In this document: piece after piece, positions 9,227 through 19,517 of the stretch
How the letters are laid out: every line of letters starts with the position of its first letter
Position numbering within the stretch: the first letter of the stretch is position 1
Origin: Verrucomicrobiota bacterium
GTDB lineage: Bacteria > Verrucomicrobiota > Verrucomicrobiia > Limisphaerales > JADLHS01
DNA length: 64,000 nucleotides
Reading direction: 5' to 3'
NCBI GenBank assembly: GCA_029573725.1
Contig: JAKQDQ010000093.1
Span: 140,963-204,962 of the forward strand
The notes under the pieces: generated by a model
Database searches by the model: none
Told to the model about the DNA's origin: nothing
What the model saw: only the letters and a program-made list of their open reading frames with translations
Program-made: the position numbers and the translations under genes

Positions 9227-11275
9227 GTGGCAACTCCGGGTGACCATGCTGATCCGCTCGCCGCCCCCATCACGTGTCTCCGGGGTGTCGGGGCGGAACG
9301 CGCACAGCTGCTGGGCCGGCTGGGCATCACCCGCATCGGAGAGCTGCTGTTACACCGGCCGCGCCGCTATGAAGACCGTCGGAAGCTTGTGGCCATCCGC
9401 GAACTCAAAGCAGGTGAGGCGGCCACGGTGCGCGGAAAAATCATCGCTGCCGGCGGCAAAAATTTCCGCCACGGGGCGCGCCGCTTGTTTGAATGCGTAT
9501 TGGACGACGGCACGGCTCATCTGCATTTGCGCTGGTGGCGGGCCCAACCGTGGATGGAAAACTACTTCGTCCGCGACCGCGAAGTTCTGGCCTTTGGAAA
9601 AACCGGATCGCTGCGTCCCCGGACGTTTGAACATCCGGAAACGGAATTCATCGAGTCCGGAGAGGACGATTTCATCCACGTCAATCGCATCGTTCCGGTT
9701 CATCCCCTGACGGAAGGAATCACCGCCCGGGTGATGCGCAGCCTCATCTGGCGCGCCCTCGAACATTACGCCGCCGCCCTCACGGAACCGGAATGGGGAC
9801 GCCGGCTGGCGGCGCAGCCTCCGCCAGACCTCTCCCCCCCGTCCGTCGTCGCCCTGGACCAATGGCCGCGCGCCCGGGCCATTCGCCAGCTGCATTTTCC
9901 GGACGAACTCGCCGATGCCGAAGCCGCGCGGCAAAGACTGGCGCTGGATGAATTTGTCGCGTTGCAGCTGGAAATTCTGTCGCGCCGCAAAAGGTTCGAA
10001 GCCCGCGCCGGCGCACGGCCCTGCGCCGGCACCAATCGCCTCATCAAACCATTCCTCGCCAGCCTTGGCTTCCCGCTCACCCCCGCGCAAACGCGGGTCC
10101 TCCGGGAGATCCGAAACGACATGGGCGGCGCGCACCCGATGCGGCGTCTGCTGCAAGGCGACGTCGGCTCCGGTAAAACCGTGGTGGCGGCCGCCACGGC
10201 GTTGATGGCGGTGGAAAGTGGTTTCAACGTCGCGCTCATGGCGCCAACCGAAATTCTCGCCGCACAGCATCACCATAATTTTTCGCGGTGGTTCGCACCG
10301 CTGGGAGTGCCGGTGGCGCTGCACACAGGCGCCAACAAAACCTCCGCCCGTCCGGCAGCCGCCCCCTCCTCCCATCCCGCGCCCCCCCCGACGCTGTACA
10401 TCGGCACGCACGCCCTGGTTGCCCGGGGCTTCGTCCTGTCTCGGCTGGGGCTGGTGGTGATCGACGAACAGCACAAGTTTGGCGTGGCGCAACGCGAGCA
10501 ACTCGTCCGCAAGGGCAATTATCCACACCTGTTGGTGATGACCGCCACCCCCATCCCGCGCACGCTGGGATTGACGCTTTACGGCGACCTGGATCTTTCC
10601 CTCATCGACCGCCCCCCCGCGGGACGTGGCGCGATTAAGACCTTTCTTCGCAGCTCGGCGCGCCGGCCGCAGGTCTGGGCATTTCTCCGCCAGCAACTCC
10701 GCCTTGGCCGTCAGGCTTACGTGGTTTATCCGCGCGTGGAAGACAATGCGGACGGCCTGAAAGCGGTCACCAAAGAATGGAAGGGGTTGCGCGAGCAACT
10801 TGCCCCCTTCCGGATCGGCCTGCTGCACGGCCGCCTCAAGCCGGAGGAAAACGAACGCACGATGGCCGGGTTCCGCAACCGCACCTTGCACGTGTTGCTG
10901 GCCACCTCCTTGATCGAAGTCGGTGTGGATGTCGCCAATGCCTCCGTCATGCTGATTGAAAACGCCGAGGCCTTCGGGCTGTCCCAGCTGCACCAGTTAC
11001 GGGGGCGGATTGGCCGGGGCACGGAAACCAGCTATTGCATTCTCCTTTCCGATGCGCCCGATCCCACCGCGCGCGAGCGCCTGCAAACCCTGGTCGAAAC
11101 GACGGACGGTTTCCGCATTGCCGAGGCGGATTTGCGGCTTCGCGGGCCGGGTGAACTGCTGGGGCAGCAACAAAGCGGCCTGCCCTCCTTCCGCTTCGGT
11201 TCGCTCGCGGACGACCTGCTGCTGGTGCAACAGGCGCGCGGGCTGGCTGCCGCCGTCCTTGCAACAAAAGATTGA
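9227..11275 (+). CDS. recG: ATP-dependent DNA helicase RecG
   Basis: 682 aa. Motifs: LRGVGAERAQLLGRLGI wedge-domain N-terminus, Walker A GDVGSGKT, DEQHKFG, and the helicase C-domain QLRGRIGRG. GTG start. Confidence 0.95.
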   Translation: MATPGDHADPLAAPITCLRGVGAERAQLLGRLGITRIGELLLHRPRRYEDRRKLVAIRELKAGEAATVRGKIIAAGGKNFRHGARRLFECVLDDGTAHLHLRWWRAQPWMENYFVRDREVLAFGKTGSLRPRTFEHPETEFIESGEDDFIHVNRIVPVHPLTEGITARVMRSLIWRALEHYAAALTEPEWGRRLAAQPPPDLSPPSVVALDQWPRARAIRQLHFPDELADAEAARQRLALDEFVALQLEILSRRKRFEARAGARPCAGTNRLIKPFLASLGFPLTPAQTRVLREIRNDMGGAHPMRRLLQGDVGSGKTVVAAATALMAVESGFNVALMAPTEILAAQHHHNFSRWFAPLGVPVALHTGANKTSARPAAAPSSHPAPPPTLYIGTHALVARGFVLSRLGLVVIDEQHKFGVAQREQLVRKGNYPHLLVMTATPIPRTLGLTLYGDLDLSLIDRPPAGRGAIKTFLRSSARRPQVWAFLRQQLRLGRQAYVVYPRVEDNADGLKAVTKEWKGLREQLAPFRIGLLHGRLKPEENERTMAGFRNRTLHVLLATSLIEVGVDVANASVMLIENAEAFGLSQLHQLRGRIGRGTETSYCILLSDAPDPTARERLQTLVETTDGFRIAEADLRLRGPGELLGQQQSGLPSFRFGSLADDLLLVQQARGLAAAVLATKD

Positions 11276-11322
11276 GCCGGAAGCCGGGTTTTCCGCATAA
11301 TCCCGCCCGGCTTGTCTGCGTT

Positions 11323-12708
11323 ATGAACGACCACTGCATCGGCGCCCGCCCCCCCGTCAGAACATTGGCGGTCTTGAACCTGTTGTGGCTGCTGCTGGCA
11401 CCCGTCGTCAGCGGCGCAGCGGCCAATTCCACCAACCCGCCGGCCTGGTGGCAGCGACCGTTGTCCCTGGCCGACGCCCTCAACCTGGCACTGCAACAGA
11501 ACCGCACCATCCTGCAGTCCCGGCAAAACGTGGAAGCGGCAACCGGTGTCTCGCTACAAACCCGCGCGGTGACGATTCCGAAAATTCAATCTTCCGGCAG
11601 TTACACTGATACGGACCGGCGGGCGCTGGAAGCGTTCTACCCCGGGCAGGTGATCGACCGCCAGAACTGGAGCGCAAACATTCAAATTGTACAATCCCTC
11701 TTTGAAGGCGGGCGACTGCTCTCCGCGGTGCGCGCCGCCAAACTCATCAAGGAACAGGCTCTGCTTGAACACCAAACGCTCGTCGCAGACACCCTGCTGG
11801 CCACGCGCATCGCCTATTACGACGTCCTGCTCGCCCACCAGCAAATCGTGGTGCGCGAAGCTTCCGTCAATCTCCTGACCCAGGAACTGCAGGATGAACA
11901 GCACCGGTATGACGCCGGCACGGTGCCGCGCTTCAACGTCCTGCGCGCGGAAGTGGCCGTGGCCAATGCCCGGCCGCTGTTGATTCGCGCGCGCAACACG
12001 CATCGCATCGCGCAAAGCAACCTCGCCCAGCTGCTCGGCGACCATTTCCCGCGGGAGATGTGGGAAACGATTCCGCTGCACCTTTCGGACAGCCTGGCGA
12101 CCGCGCCTGTTGACATTCAATTACCCGCCGCCATTGTTCAAGCGCTGGAGCGGCGCACCGAATTGGAGGCGCTCCGCAAATCCGCGCAGTTGCGCCAGGA
12201 GGACATCATCACCGCCCGGAGCGGGCGGCTGCCAAGTCTGCAAGGATTCGCGGGCTGGGGCTGGCGCGATTCGAGCCTGACCACCGACTTGAGCGACACG
12301 GCCGACGGCTGGCAGGTCGGGGTGCGCATGAACTGGTATATTTTTGACGGACTGGCCACGCGGGGCAAGGTGGCGCAGGCCAAAGCCGCCCATGAACGCA
12401 GCCGTGTGGAGATCGACGACGCGAGCAGCCGCATCGAACTCGAGGTGCGCACCACCTACACGGTGTTCATCAGCGCCCGTGAAGTGCTGGAGTCCCAGAA
12501 GAAGGTGCAGGAACAAGCCGAGGAGGCTCTGCGGCTGGCCCAATCCCGCGCCGCCGCCGGCACGGCCACGCAATTGGACGTGCTCACGGCGGAAACCGCC
12601 CTGACCGAAGCCCGCACCACTCAGATCCAGGCGGAATACGATTACGCGGTGGCCATCGCCAGGTTGGAGCGCGCGATTGGCGCCTTCGGAACGCCCCAGA
12701 CGGATTAG
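11323..12708 (+). CDS. TolC-family outer membrane efflux protein
   Basis: Two OEP repeats with typical coiled-coil segments (YDVLLAHQQ..., AEYDYAVAIARLERAIG). ATG at 11323 with a signal-like N-terminus; the track start at 11272 is a TTG. No adjacent MFP or pump gene. Confidence 0.85.
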   Translation: MNDHCIGARPPVRTLAVLNLLWLLLAPVVSGAAANSTNPPAWWQRPLSLADALNLALQQNRTILQSRQNVEAATGVSLQTRAVTIPKIQSSGSYTDTDRRALEAFYPGQVIDRQNWSANIQIVQSLFEGGRLLSAVRAAKLIKEQALLEHQTLVADTLLATRIAYYDVLLAHQQIVVREASVNLLTQELQDEQHRYDAGTVPRFNVLRAEVAVANARPLLIRARNTHRIAQSNLAQLLGDHFPREMWETIPLHLSDSLATAPVDIQLPAAIVQALERRTELEALRKSAQLRQEDIITARSGRLPSLQGFAGWGWRDSSLTTDLSDTADGWQVGVRMNWYIFDGLATRGKVAQAKAAHERSRVEIDDASSRIELEVRTTYTVFISAREVLESQKKVQEQAEEALRLAQSRAAAGTATQLDVLTAETALTEARTTQIQAEYDYAVAIARLERAIGAFGTPQTD

Positions 12709-12798
12709 TCGGAAAACGCTCCCCCCCGGCGGCCCCCCGCCCGCACCCGGGTGGGAATTAGACTTGGTCGCGAAAGGCTTTCACCCTAGCCTGCTGTC

Positions 12799-13275
12799 AT
12801 GGTTCATGTCGGGATTGGTTATGATGTTCATCAACTGGTGGCGGGCCGCAAGCTGGTGCTCGGCGGCGTGGAAATCCCCCACACCCAGGGCCTGGAGGGG
12901 CATTCGGATGCGGACGTGCTGCTCCACGCCGTATGTGATGCCCTGCTGGGCGCGTTGGGCGAAGGCGACATCGGCCATTTTTTCCCCAACACGGACCCGC
13001 GCTGGCGCGATGCCCCCAGCCGGATATTTCTGGAGGCGGTGGCGCAAAAGGTGACGGAGCGCCAGAGCCGGATCGTCAACGTGGACGCCACGGTCATTGC
13101 GCAGGCACCGAAAATTTATCCACATATCGCGGCCATGAAGAAATGCATCGCCGGGGCATTAAACCTTGCCGAAACGCGGATCGGCATCAAGGCCACCACC
13201 AACGAACAGCTGGGTTTTATCGGGCGCGAAGAAGGCATCGCCGCCATGGCGGTTGCCGGAATCGATCGTCCCTGA
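12799..13275 (+). CDS. ispF: 2-C-methyl-D-erythritol 2,4-cyclodiphosphate synthase
   Basis: 158 aa. Motifs: [25 protein letters not shown]. Confidence 0.95.
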   Translation: MVHVGIGYDVHQLVAGRKLVLGGVEIPHTQGLEGHSDADVLLHAVCDALLGALGEGDIGHFFPNTDPRWRDAPSRIFLEAVAQKVTERQSRIVNVDATVIAQAPKIYPHIAAMKKCIAGALNLAETRIGIKATTNEQLGFIGREEGIAAMAVAGIDRP

Positions 13276-13347
13276 TTCCGGCAGTGCGGGCGCACATCCC
13301 TTCCGGCATCACCCCACACCGCCTGCCCCCGTCCAGAGCCTCGTTCT

Positions 13348-13623
13348 ATGCCCAAAGCCGAAATCAGCTGGAAACGGGTTACGGAAACCGGGGAAAAGCT
13401 GCAAGTCACCGCCCAGCGCGTGGGTGGTGAATGGCGGTTCTGGCATCGGGCGCGGCGCTTCGATCAGTGGCAGCCCGTCCCCGAGCCGCCACTCGAAGAC
13501 TGGCTGTTGTTGCTGGATGCCGTCCAGCGCTTGATAACGCGGCGTCGCTTGCAGCCTGATCATGAGGCTTTGGTGCGGCGCCGCATTCTCGAACGTTTCC
13601 CCGGGACTCCTCTCCCCGGGTAG
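13348..13623 (+). CDS. Small hypothetical protein (91 aa)
   Basis: ATG-initiated ORF in an otherwise empty gap, with a balanced non-shadow composition (WKRVTETGEKLQVTAQRVGGEWRFW...). I recognise no family. Confidence 0.5.
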   Translation: MPKAEISWKRVTETGEKLQVTAQRVGGEWRFWHRARRFDQWQPVPEPPLEDWLLLLDAVQRLITRRRLQPDHEALVRRRILERFPGTPLPG

Positions 13624-13710
13624 TCCGCCAGTTGACCCACCCGCCGGCGGAGCGCTGCCCATGCCCCGAACGGCAGCATGGGCGAGGATTTCCGGCAGCT
13701 CAATCCTCCG

Positions 13711-13738
13711 AAAAAAAAGCCCGCTGAGTCAGCGGGCT
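13711..13738 (-). terminator. Intrinsic terminator of the ribosomal protein/rpoA/rplQ cluster
   Basis: The minus strand reads AGCCCGCTGACTCAGCGGGCTTTTTTTT, a 9-bp GC stem plus a T8 run. It starts about 20 nt after the rplQ stop. Confidence 0.75.
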
Positions 13739-13758
13739 GGTGGTGAAACGGAGTAAAA

Positions 13759-14232
13759 TTACTTGGCGGCAGCGGTTTTTTTGTCCGCCTCCTTTGCCGG
13801 GGCGGCGGGCGCCGTGGCAACCAACTCATCCACCCATTCCAGAATGGCTTTGGGCGCCGCGTCGCCGGGGCGCTGCTCCAGTTTGACGATCCGGGTGTAC
13901 CCGCCCACGCGGCCCTTGAAGGCAGGAGCGATGTCATCGAACAGGATGCGCAGGACGTCTTCATTGGCGCGCCATTTTTGCTTCTCGGCCTTGCTCAAGG
14001 GGCCGGAGGGGCCACGGGTACGCAACCGGGCGGCGGCCAGACGGCGTGCCTGCAGCGTGCCTTTTTTGCCCAGGGTGACCATTTTCTCCGCCACCGGGCG
14101 GGCGGCCCGGGCCCGGGCCAGCGTGGTGGTAATGCGCTTATGCTTGATCAAACTGCACACCATGTTTGCCAGCATCGCGTTGCGATGCTCGAACTGGCGG
14201 CCCAGTTTCGCCGTTTTTTTCAGGTGTCGCAT
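13759..14232 (-). CDS. rplQ: 50S ribosomal protein L17 (with an Ala/Lys-rich C-terminal extension)
   Basis: MRHLKKTAKLGR...HRNAMLANM... is canonical L17. 157 aa. Sits after rpoA. Confidence 0.95.
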   Translation of the reverse strand: MRHLKKTAKLGRQFEHRNAMLANMVCSLIKHKRITTTLARARAARPVAEKMVTLGKKGTLQARRLAAARLRTRGPSGPLSKAEKQKWRANEDVLRILFDDIAPAFKGRVGGYTRIVKLEQRPGDAAPKAILEWVDELVATAPAAPAKEADKKTAAAK

Positions 14233-14237
14233 AAAAT

Positions 14238-15251
14238 TTACAACGTTTTGGTTTCGTCTTTCGGCCCGTCAATCAAGCCGGGTTCAAAAGTCATCCCCAG
14301 GGACAGTCCCAGCCCGACCAGCTTGTCCTTGATTTCATTGAGCGATTTTTTGCCGAAATTGCGGTATTTCAACATCTCGGATTCCGACTTCATGGCCAGC
14401 TGCCCCACGGTGGTGATGTTCGCGTTGTTCAAGCAGTTGGCAGCCCGCACGCTCAGTTCAATTTCGTTGACGCTCATATTGAGCAGTTTCTTGAGCTTCA
14501 CCTTCTCGTCGTCCTGCCGGTTCACCGTCTCCTCAAATTCCACGGCGTTCTTGTCGTAACCCACAAAAACGTCCAGGTGATGCGCAAGAATCGCAGAAGC
14601 CTGTGTCAAGGCGTCATCCGGTGTAATGCGGCCATCGGTCCAGATCTCGAGGATCAGGCGATCGTAATCGGTCCGGTTGCCCACGCGGGCCGCCTCCACC
14701 GCGTAGCGTACCCGCGTCACTGGCGAAAACAGCGAATCAATCGCAATCACCCCGATGGCCTGCCCGGCTTTCTTGTTTTCATCCCCCGTCAAAAAGCCGC
14801 GTCCGATTTTCACCGTCAGCTCCATCTCCAGCTTTTTCTTTTTATCGAGCGTGCAAATGACCTCCCCGGGATTGACCAGTTCGATGTTCTGGTTGAGCTG
14901 GATGTCCCCGGCGGTGACTGCTCCCTCCTTGTTCACCGAGAGCAGCAGCACCTGCTCATCCCGCGCGTGGGCCTTGAACTTCAACTTCTTCAGGTTCAAG
15001 ACAATTTCCGTAACGTCCTCCACCACGCCTTCCACGGTGGCGAACTCGTGCATGGCGCCGTCAATTTTGATGGCGGTGATGGCGGCTCCCTCCAGCGAAC
15101 TCAGGAGCACGCGCCGCAGCGAGTTGCCGATGGTGTGGCCATAACCGGTTTCAAACGGTTCGGCCACAAACTTGGCATACACATCCGTCGCGCTTGCCTC
15201 TTCCTTGGTCAAGCGCTTGGGCATTTCAAAACGACCGAGACGTACTGGCAT
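14238..15251 (-). CDS. rpoA: DNA-directed RNA polymerase alpha subunit
   Basis: 337 aa. It has the N-terminal dimerisation domain and a C-terminal domain with the LSVRAANCL helix-hairpin-helix. Canonical position. Confidence 0.97.
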   Translation of the reverse strand: MPVRLGRFEMPKRLTKEEASATDVYAKFVAEPFETGYGHTIGNSLRRVLLSSLEGAAITAIKIDGAMHEFATVEGVVEDVTEIVLNLKKLKFKAHARDEQVLLLSVNKEGAVTAGDIQLNQNIELVNPGEVICTLDKKKKLEMELTVKIGRGFLTGDENKKAGQAIGVIAIDSLFSPVTRVRYAVEAARVGNRTDYDRLILEIWTDGRITPDDALTQASAILAHHLDVFVGYDKNAVEFEETVNRQDDEKVKLKKLLNMSVNEIELSVRAANCLNNANITTVGQLAMKSESEMLKYRNFGKKSLNEIKDKLVGLGLSLGMTFEPGLIDGPKDETKTL

Positions 15252-15359
15252 GATTTCCTTTCAACAATTTTAATCTGACGCCACCGCCGCTATTCCCCCC
15301 GGTGGCGACGTCCGTATAATTGTGTTTCAAAGTTCCGCCACAGCGGAACGGGTTCAGGG

Positions 15360-15968
15360 TTAACGGGAATAAAATTCGACGACGGCCTGTTCGTTGGCAA
15401 CGGGATTGATCTCCTCCCGGGTGGGGATGCGCATCACCACGCCCTTGAATTCATCCTTGTTCAAGGCCAGCCAGTCCGGCACCGCCCGGCTCGTGGACAA
15501 TTCCATGGCCCGCGTGGCCATCTGCCGGGACACCGTGGTGTCCTTGACCGCGACCACGTCATTGACCTTGAGGGCGTACGACGGAATGCTGACCTTGCGG
15601 CCATTCACGGTAATATGACCATGCGCAACCATCTGTCGCGCAGCGGCACGGGTCGTGCCGAACCCCAGGTGATGGACGACATTATCCAGCCGGGTCTCCA
15701 AAATTTGCAACATGTGTTCGCCGGTCACACCACGGCGCCGCAAGGCCTTCTCATAAACGCCGCGAAACTGGCGCTCCAGCAGGCCGTAGTAATAGCGCAG
15801 CTTTTGCTTTTCCACCAGGCCCAGGCCGTAATCCGTCAGCTTGCGCCGGGATTTGGGACCATGAACTCCGGGCGGATAATTACGCCGCTCAAGATATTTT
15901 GTCGGGCCAAACATCGGAATGCCGAAGCGGCGACTGATGCGAACGCGAGGACCTTTGTAACGAGCCAT
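15360..15968 (-). CDS. rpsD: 30S ribosomal protein S4
   Basis: MARYKGPRVRISRRFG..., with an S4 RNA-binding domain. Confidence 0.97.
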   Translation of the reverse strand: MARYKGPRVRISRRFGIPMFGPTKYLERRNYPPGVHGPKSRRKLTDYGLGLVEKQKLRYYYGLLERQFRGVYEKALRRRGVTGEHMLQILETRLDNVVHHLGFGTTRAAARQMVAHGHITVNGRKVSIPSYALKVNDVVAVKDTTVSRQMATRAMELSTSRAVPDWLALNKDEFKGVVMRIPTREEINPVANEQAVVEFYSR

Positions 15969-16000
15969 AGAAAATGATGAATGCGATTTGGGTTTCCGGT

Positions 16001-16558
16001 TTAGACGCGGCGTTTCTTGCGCGGACGGCAGCCGTTATGCGGCACCGGCGTCACGTCCTTGATCGAGCTGATGTCCAACCCGATTGCCTGCAGGGCGCGG
16101 ATTGCGGATTCCCGCCCCGATCCCGGCCCCTTGACCCGCACTTCCACTTCCTTCATGCCGTGCGCCATGGCCTGGCGGGCGGCGTCCTGGGCCACCATTT
16201 GCGCGGCGTAGGCGGTGCTTTTCCGGGAGCCTTTGAATCCCACCCGGCCCGCTGCGGACCAGCCGATCAGATTGCCGTGCATATCGGTGATGGAGACCTG
16301 GGTGTTGTTGAACGTGGCCAGAATATTGGCAATGCCGGCGGTTACGTTCTTGGCATGCTTGGCCTTGATGATCTTCTTGGCGCCGGCATCCTCGCCGAGC
16401 AGTTCTGCAGCGGTGGGCGCCGCGGCGGCGGCGGCGGGAGCGGCCGCCGCGGTTGCGGTGGCCGCCTTCTTCACCTTGGCCTCCCCGGGTGCCGGGGCGG
16501 ACACTTCCGTACCGGCTTCGTCAGCCGGGGCGGGTTTCTTCTTCGTTTCGTCAGCCAT
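16001..16558 (-). CDS. rpsK: 30S ribosomal protein S11 (with an Ala/Pro-rich N-terminal extension of about 55 aa)
   Basis: The core [22 protein letters not shown]...[11 protein letters not shown] is canonical S11. 185 aa in total. Confidence 0.95.
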   Translation of the reverse strand: MADETKKKPAPADEAGTEVSAPAPGEAKVKKAATATAAAAPAAAAAAPTAAELLGEDAGAKKIIKAKHAKNVTAGIANILATFNNTQVSITDMHGNLIGWSAAGRVGFKGSRKSTAYAAQMVAQDAARQAMAHGMKEVEVRVKGPGSGRESAIRALQAIGLDISSIKDVTPVPHNGCRPRKKRRV

Positions 16559-16570
16559 AAAAATCCAGGT

Positions 16571-16966
16571 TTAGTGAATGCCCGTCTTGGCGTTCGGGTT
16601 CCGTTGCACCCCGACCGTCTTGCGCGGCCCCTTGCGGGTGCGGGCATTGGTTTGGGTGCGCTGCCCGCGCACCGGCAGGCTGCGCAAATGCCGGATGCCG
16701 CGGTAGCACTTGATTGCCTGCAACCGGCGCAGGTTCAGTCCAAGTTCGCGGCGCAGATCCCCTTCGATCACGTACTTGCCGTCCTGGATCGCGCGCACGA
16801 TCTGGGACAGTTGCGCCTCGGTCAAATCCTTCGCGCGGATGGACGGATCAATGTTGGTGCGTTCGAGAATCTCCAGGGCATTGACCGGCCCAATGCCATA
16901 GATGTAGCGCAGCGCGATATCAATGCGCTTGTTCGGGGGGATTTCCACTCCAATGATGCGGGCCAT
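16571..16966 (-). CDS. rpsM: 30S ribosomal protein S13
   Basis: [26 protein letters not shown]... Confidence 0.97.
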   Translation of the reverse strand: MARIIGVEIPPNKRIDIALRYIYGIGPVNALEILERTNIDPSIRAKDLTEAQLSQIVRAIQDGKYVIEGDLRRELGLNLRRLQAIKCYRGIRHLRSLPVRGQRTQTNARTRKGPRKTVGVQRNPNAKTGIH

Positions 16967-16972
16967 ACTTGA

Positions 16973-17086
16973 TTATCCTTGACGTTGTTTATGACGCTTG
17001 TTTGTGCAAATGACGCGCAGGACGCCACGGCGACGCACCATTTTGCAGCGTTCGCACAGCTTTTTTACCGAGGCTCGAACTTTCAT
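16973..17086 (-). CDS. rpmJ: 50S ribosomal protein L36 (zinc-binding type)
   Basis: Not in the ORF track because it is only 37 aa. My translation of the minus strand is [37 protein letters not shown], followed by a stop. Canonical position between infA and rpsM. Confidence 0.9.
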   Translation of the reverse strand: MKVRASVKKLCERCKMVRRRGVLRVICTNKRHKQRQG

Positions 17087-17087
17087 G

Positions 17088-17306
17088 TTAACTCAATTCT
17101 CCATCTACCAACCGACCGGTGGACAAATCAAAGGGCGTTAATTGCATGGTCACCCTGTCGCCCGGTTGCACGCCGGCAAACTTGTACTTCTGCCGGCCTG
17201 CCGCAAACGCCAGTACCTGGTGCCCATTGGCAAGTTCCACCCGGAACGTGCCGTTGGGCAGGGCCGCAATCACGCGCCCTTCGACCCGGAAGGCGTCCGC
17301 ACACAT
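17088..17306 (-). CDS. infA: Translation initiation factor IF-1 (divergent)
   Basis: S1-like OB fold: [26 protein letters not shown]...[18 protein letters not shown]. Canonical map-infA-rpmJ position. The middle and the C-terminus are atypical. Confidence 0.8.
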   Translation of the reverse strand: MCADAFRVEGRVIAALPNGTFRVELANGHQVLAFAAGRQKYKFAGVQPGDRVTMQLTPFDLSTGRLVDGELS

Positions 17307-18043
17307 GTCAAAATTTCCGGTGCTCCGGTCGTAATGAGCACCGTATGCTCAAAATGGGCAGAGAGTGAACCATCTTGCGTCACTACTGTCCAGCCGTCTT
17401 TCAGGATTTTGACGTCCGGACGCCCCATATTCACCATGGGCTCAATCGCAATCGTCATTCCGGCCCGTAACTTCGCACTGCTCCCAACATCCACGAAGTT
17501 AGGCACTTGCGGCTCTTCATGCACCGACCGGCCCACGCCATGGCCGACAAATTCCCGCACGACGCTGAACCCATTTCGTTCGACAAAATCTTGTACGGCG
17601 CGCGAAATATCCGTGACGCGATTTCCGGCGACCGCCTGGGCGATGCCCTGGTGGAGCGCCTGTTGCGTGACATCCATCAACCGCTGCGCCGCCGCACTGC
17701 ATCCCCCGACGGCCACGGTGGTGGCGGTGTCGCCCACGTAACCCGCATAGCGCACTCCGCAATCAATGCTGACAATGTCGCCGAAGCGCAATATCCGCTC
17801 CCCCGCCAACCCGTGAACCACTTCCTCGTTCACGGACAAGCAAGTATGCCGCGGGTATTTCCGATACCCCAAAAAGGCGCTCTGGCAGCCGCGCCGCTTC
17901 ATGGTCTCGCCCGCAAACTCATCCACCTGGAGCGTCGTGACTCCGGGTTGAATGAACGCCGCAATGTCGTCCAGTACTTCCGCCGCCAGCAGCCCCGCCG
18001 CCCGCATCAGCTCCTGCTCGGGACCGCTTTTGATGAGGCTCAT
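17270..18043 (-). CDS. map: Type I methionine aminopeptidase
   Basis: 257 aa. Motifs: SIDCGV..GYVGDTA, GHGVGRSVHE, AIEPM, SAHFEHTVL. Confidence 0.95.
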   Translation of the reverse strand: MSLIKSGPEQELMRAAGLLAAEVLDDIAAFIQPGVTTLQVDEFAGETMKRRGCQSAFLGYRKYPRHTCLSVNEEVVHGLAGERILRFGDIVSIDCGVRYAGYVGDTATTVAVGGCSAAAQRLMDVTQQALHQGIAQAVAGNRVTDISRAVQDFVERNGFSVVREFVGHGVGRSVHEEPQVPNFVDVGSSAKLRAGMTIAIEPMVNMGRPDVKILKDGWTVVTQDGSLSAHFEHTVLITTGAPEILTCVRTPSGSKGA

Positions 18044-18120
18044 GATTGCGTTGACCTTTCTGCCCCGTTCCGCGGACGTGCCGTCAACCCGGCGGCTCCG
18101 CTTCAGGACGCAGTGCAGTC

Positions 18121-19500
18121 CTAAAATCGCCCGCGCATCTTCCCCTTCTTCAGGAAGCCGTCATAATGACGCATCAACAAATGCGCTTCGACCTGCCGCA
18201 TCGTGTCCAACATCACCCCCACGATGATCAGCAAGCTCGTGCCGCCGAAAAAGTGCGAGACGCCCGGGGGAATCTTCAGCCACTCGCCCAGTAAAATCGG
18301 AAAAATGGCAATGGCCGTCAGGAAGATTGCCCCGGCCAGCGTGATGCGGCTCATCGTGTTGTGTAAAAATTCACTGGTCGGCTGCCCCGGACGCACCCCG
18401 GGAATATAGCCACCATTTTTCTTCAAATCGTCCGCCACCTGGATTTCGTTGAACTGCGTGGCCACCCAGAAATAGGAGAAGAACAGGATCATCAATCCAT
18501 ACAGCGTCAAATACCCAATCGAACCGTAGTTCAGGAGGTAGGCCAGGTCGTTGAAAAACTTGAGATTGAAACGCGCTCCAATCATGGACAGCAGCTTTTG
18601 GGGGAACATCAAAATTGCCGCCGCAAAAATCACGGGCATGACCCCGGAATAATTTACCCGCAGCGGCATGAAGGAGGACTGGCCGGCGTAAATTTTTCGC
18701 CCCACCGCCCGCTGGGCGTACTGCACGGGAATTTTTCTTTGGCCCAGAGTCACCGCCACCGTCACGCCCACCACCAGGAACATCATCACGATCATGGCCA
18801 CCGCCTCCATCAGGCCGTGGGTGCGCTCAATCCCCTCGCCGGGCCAGAACATTTCCTTCAACTGGCCCACCGCGCCGGGCAACGCGGCAATAATGCCGAT
18901 CGTGATGAGCAGGGAAACTCCGTTGCCAATGCCCCGGTCGGTGATTTGCTCTCCCAGCCACATCAACAACATCGTGCCCGTCGTCAACAAAATCACCGTT
19001 TGCACGCGGTACCACCAGATGTAGTCCTTGTGCAGCACCAGGTCCCCGTAATTCCAGCCCTGGAAGATGGTTTGTGGGTTTTCCCAACTGAGCGCCATCA
19101 TGCCCCCCTGCACCAGACACAGGCCCACGGTTAGATATCGCCCATACTGAACGATTTTTACGCGGCCGCCGTCCTCGCGCGCCAGCTTGCTCAAGGTGGG
19201 GATCACCGCGGTCAACAACTGCAGGATGATCGTGGCGCTGATGTAAGGCATGATCCCCAGTGCGCCCACCGCCCCATGGCTCATGGCCTCGCCCGTAAAC
19301 AGGTTGTACATCCCCAACATCCCCCCGGTGCCGGCATGGGAATCGAAAAACTTGCCCAGCGCCTCGACATTCAGGCCCGGCACATGCACGAAGGCAATGA
19401 GTCGGGCTATGGCCAGCAGCATGACGGTAAACAAAATCCGGGACTTCAGTTCCGGAATTTTGAAACAGTTGGTGAATGTCTGGACGAGGTTGCCAAGCAT
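18121..19500 (-). CDS. secY: Preprotein translocase subunit SecY
   Basis: 459 aa, 10-TM pattern, GIMPYISATII, follows rplO. Confidence 0.97.
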   Translation of the reverse strand: MLGNLVQTFTNCFKIPELKSRILFTVMLLAIARLIAFVHVPGLNVEALGKFFDSHAGTGGMLGMYNLFTGEAMSHGAVGALGIMPYISATIILQLLTAVIPTLSKLAREDGGRVKIVQYGRYLTVGLCLVQGGMMALSWENPQTIFQGWNYGDLVLHKDYIWWYRVQTVILLTTGTMLLMWLGEQITDRGIGNGVSLLITIGIIAALPGAVGQLKEMFWPGEGIERTHGLMEAVAMIVMMFLVVGVTVAVTLGQRKIPVQYAQRAVGRKIYAGQSSFMPLRVNYSGVMPVIFAAAILMFPQKLLSMIGARFNLKFFNDLAYLLNYGSIGYLTLYGLMILFFSYFWVATQFNEIQVADDLKKNGGYIPGVRPGQPTSEFLHNTMSRITLAGAIFLTAIAIFPILLGEWLKIPPGVSHFFGGTSLLIIVGVMLDTMRQVEAHLLMRHYDGFLKKGKMRGRF

Positions 19501-19517
19501 GATGGAAAATCCTGCGA

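Noticed and set aside
9350-10993. 547-aa minus-strand ORF
   Set aside because: It is antisense to recG, which has unambiguous helicase motifs. The product is Gly/Arg/Ala-rich with no motifs.
15279-15307. Hairpin (CGCCACC...GGTGGCG) in the rpsD-rpoA spacer
   Set aside because: It is a real inverted repeat, but it has a 15-nt loop, no T run and no known regulatory precedent at this position. It is too weak to call as a feature.
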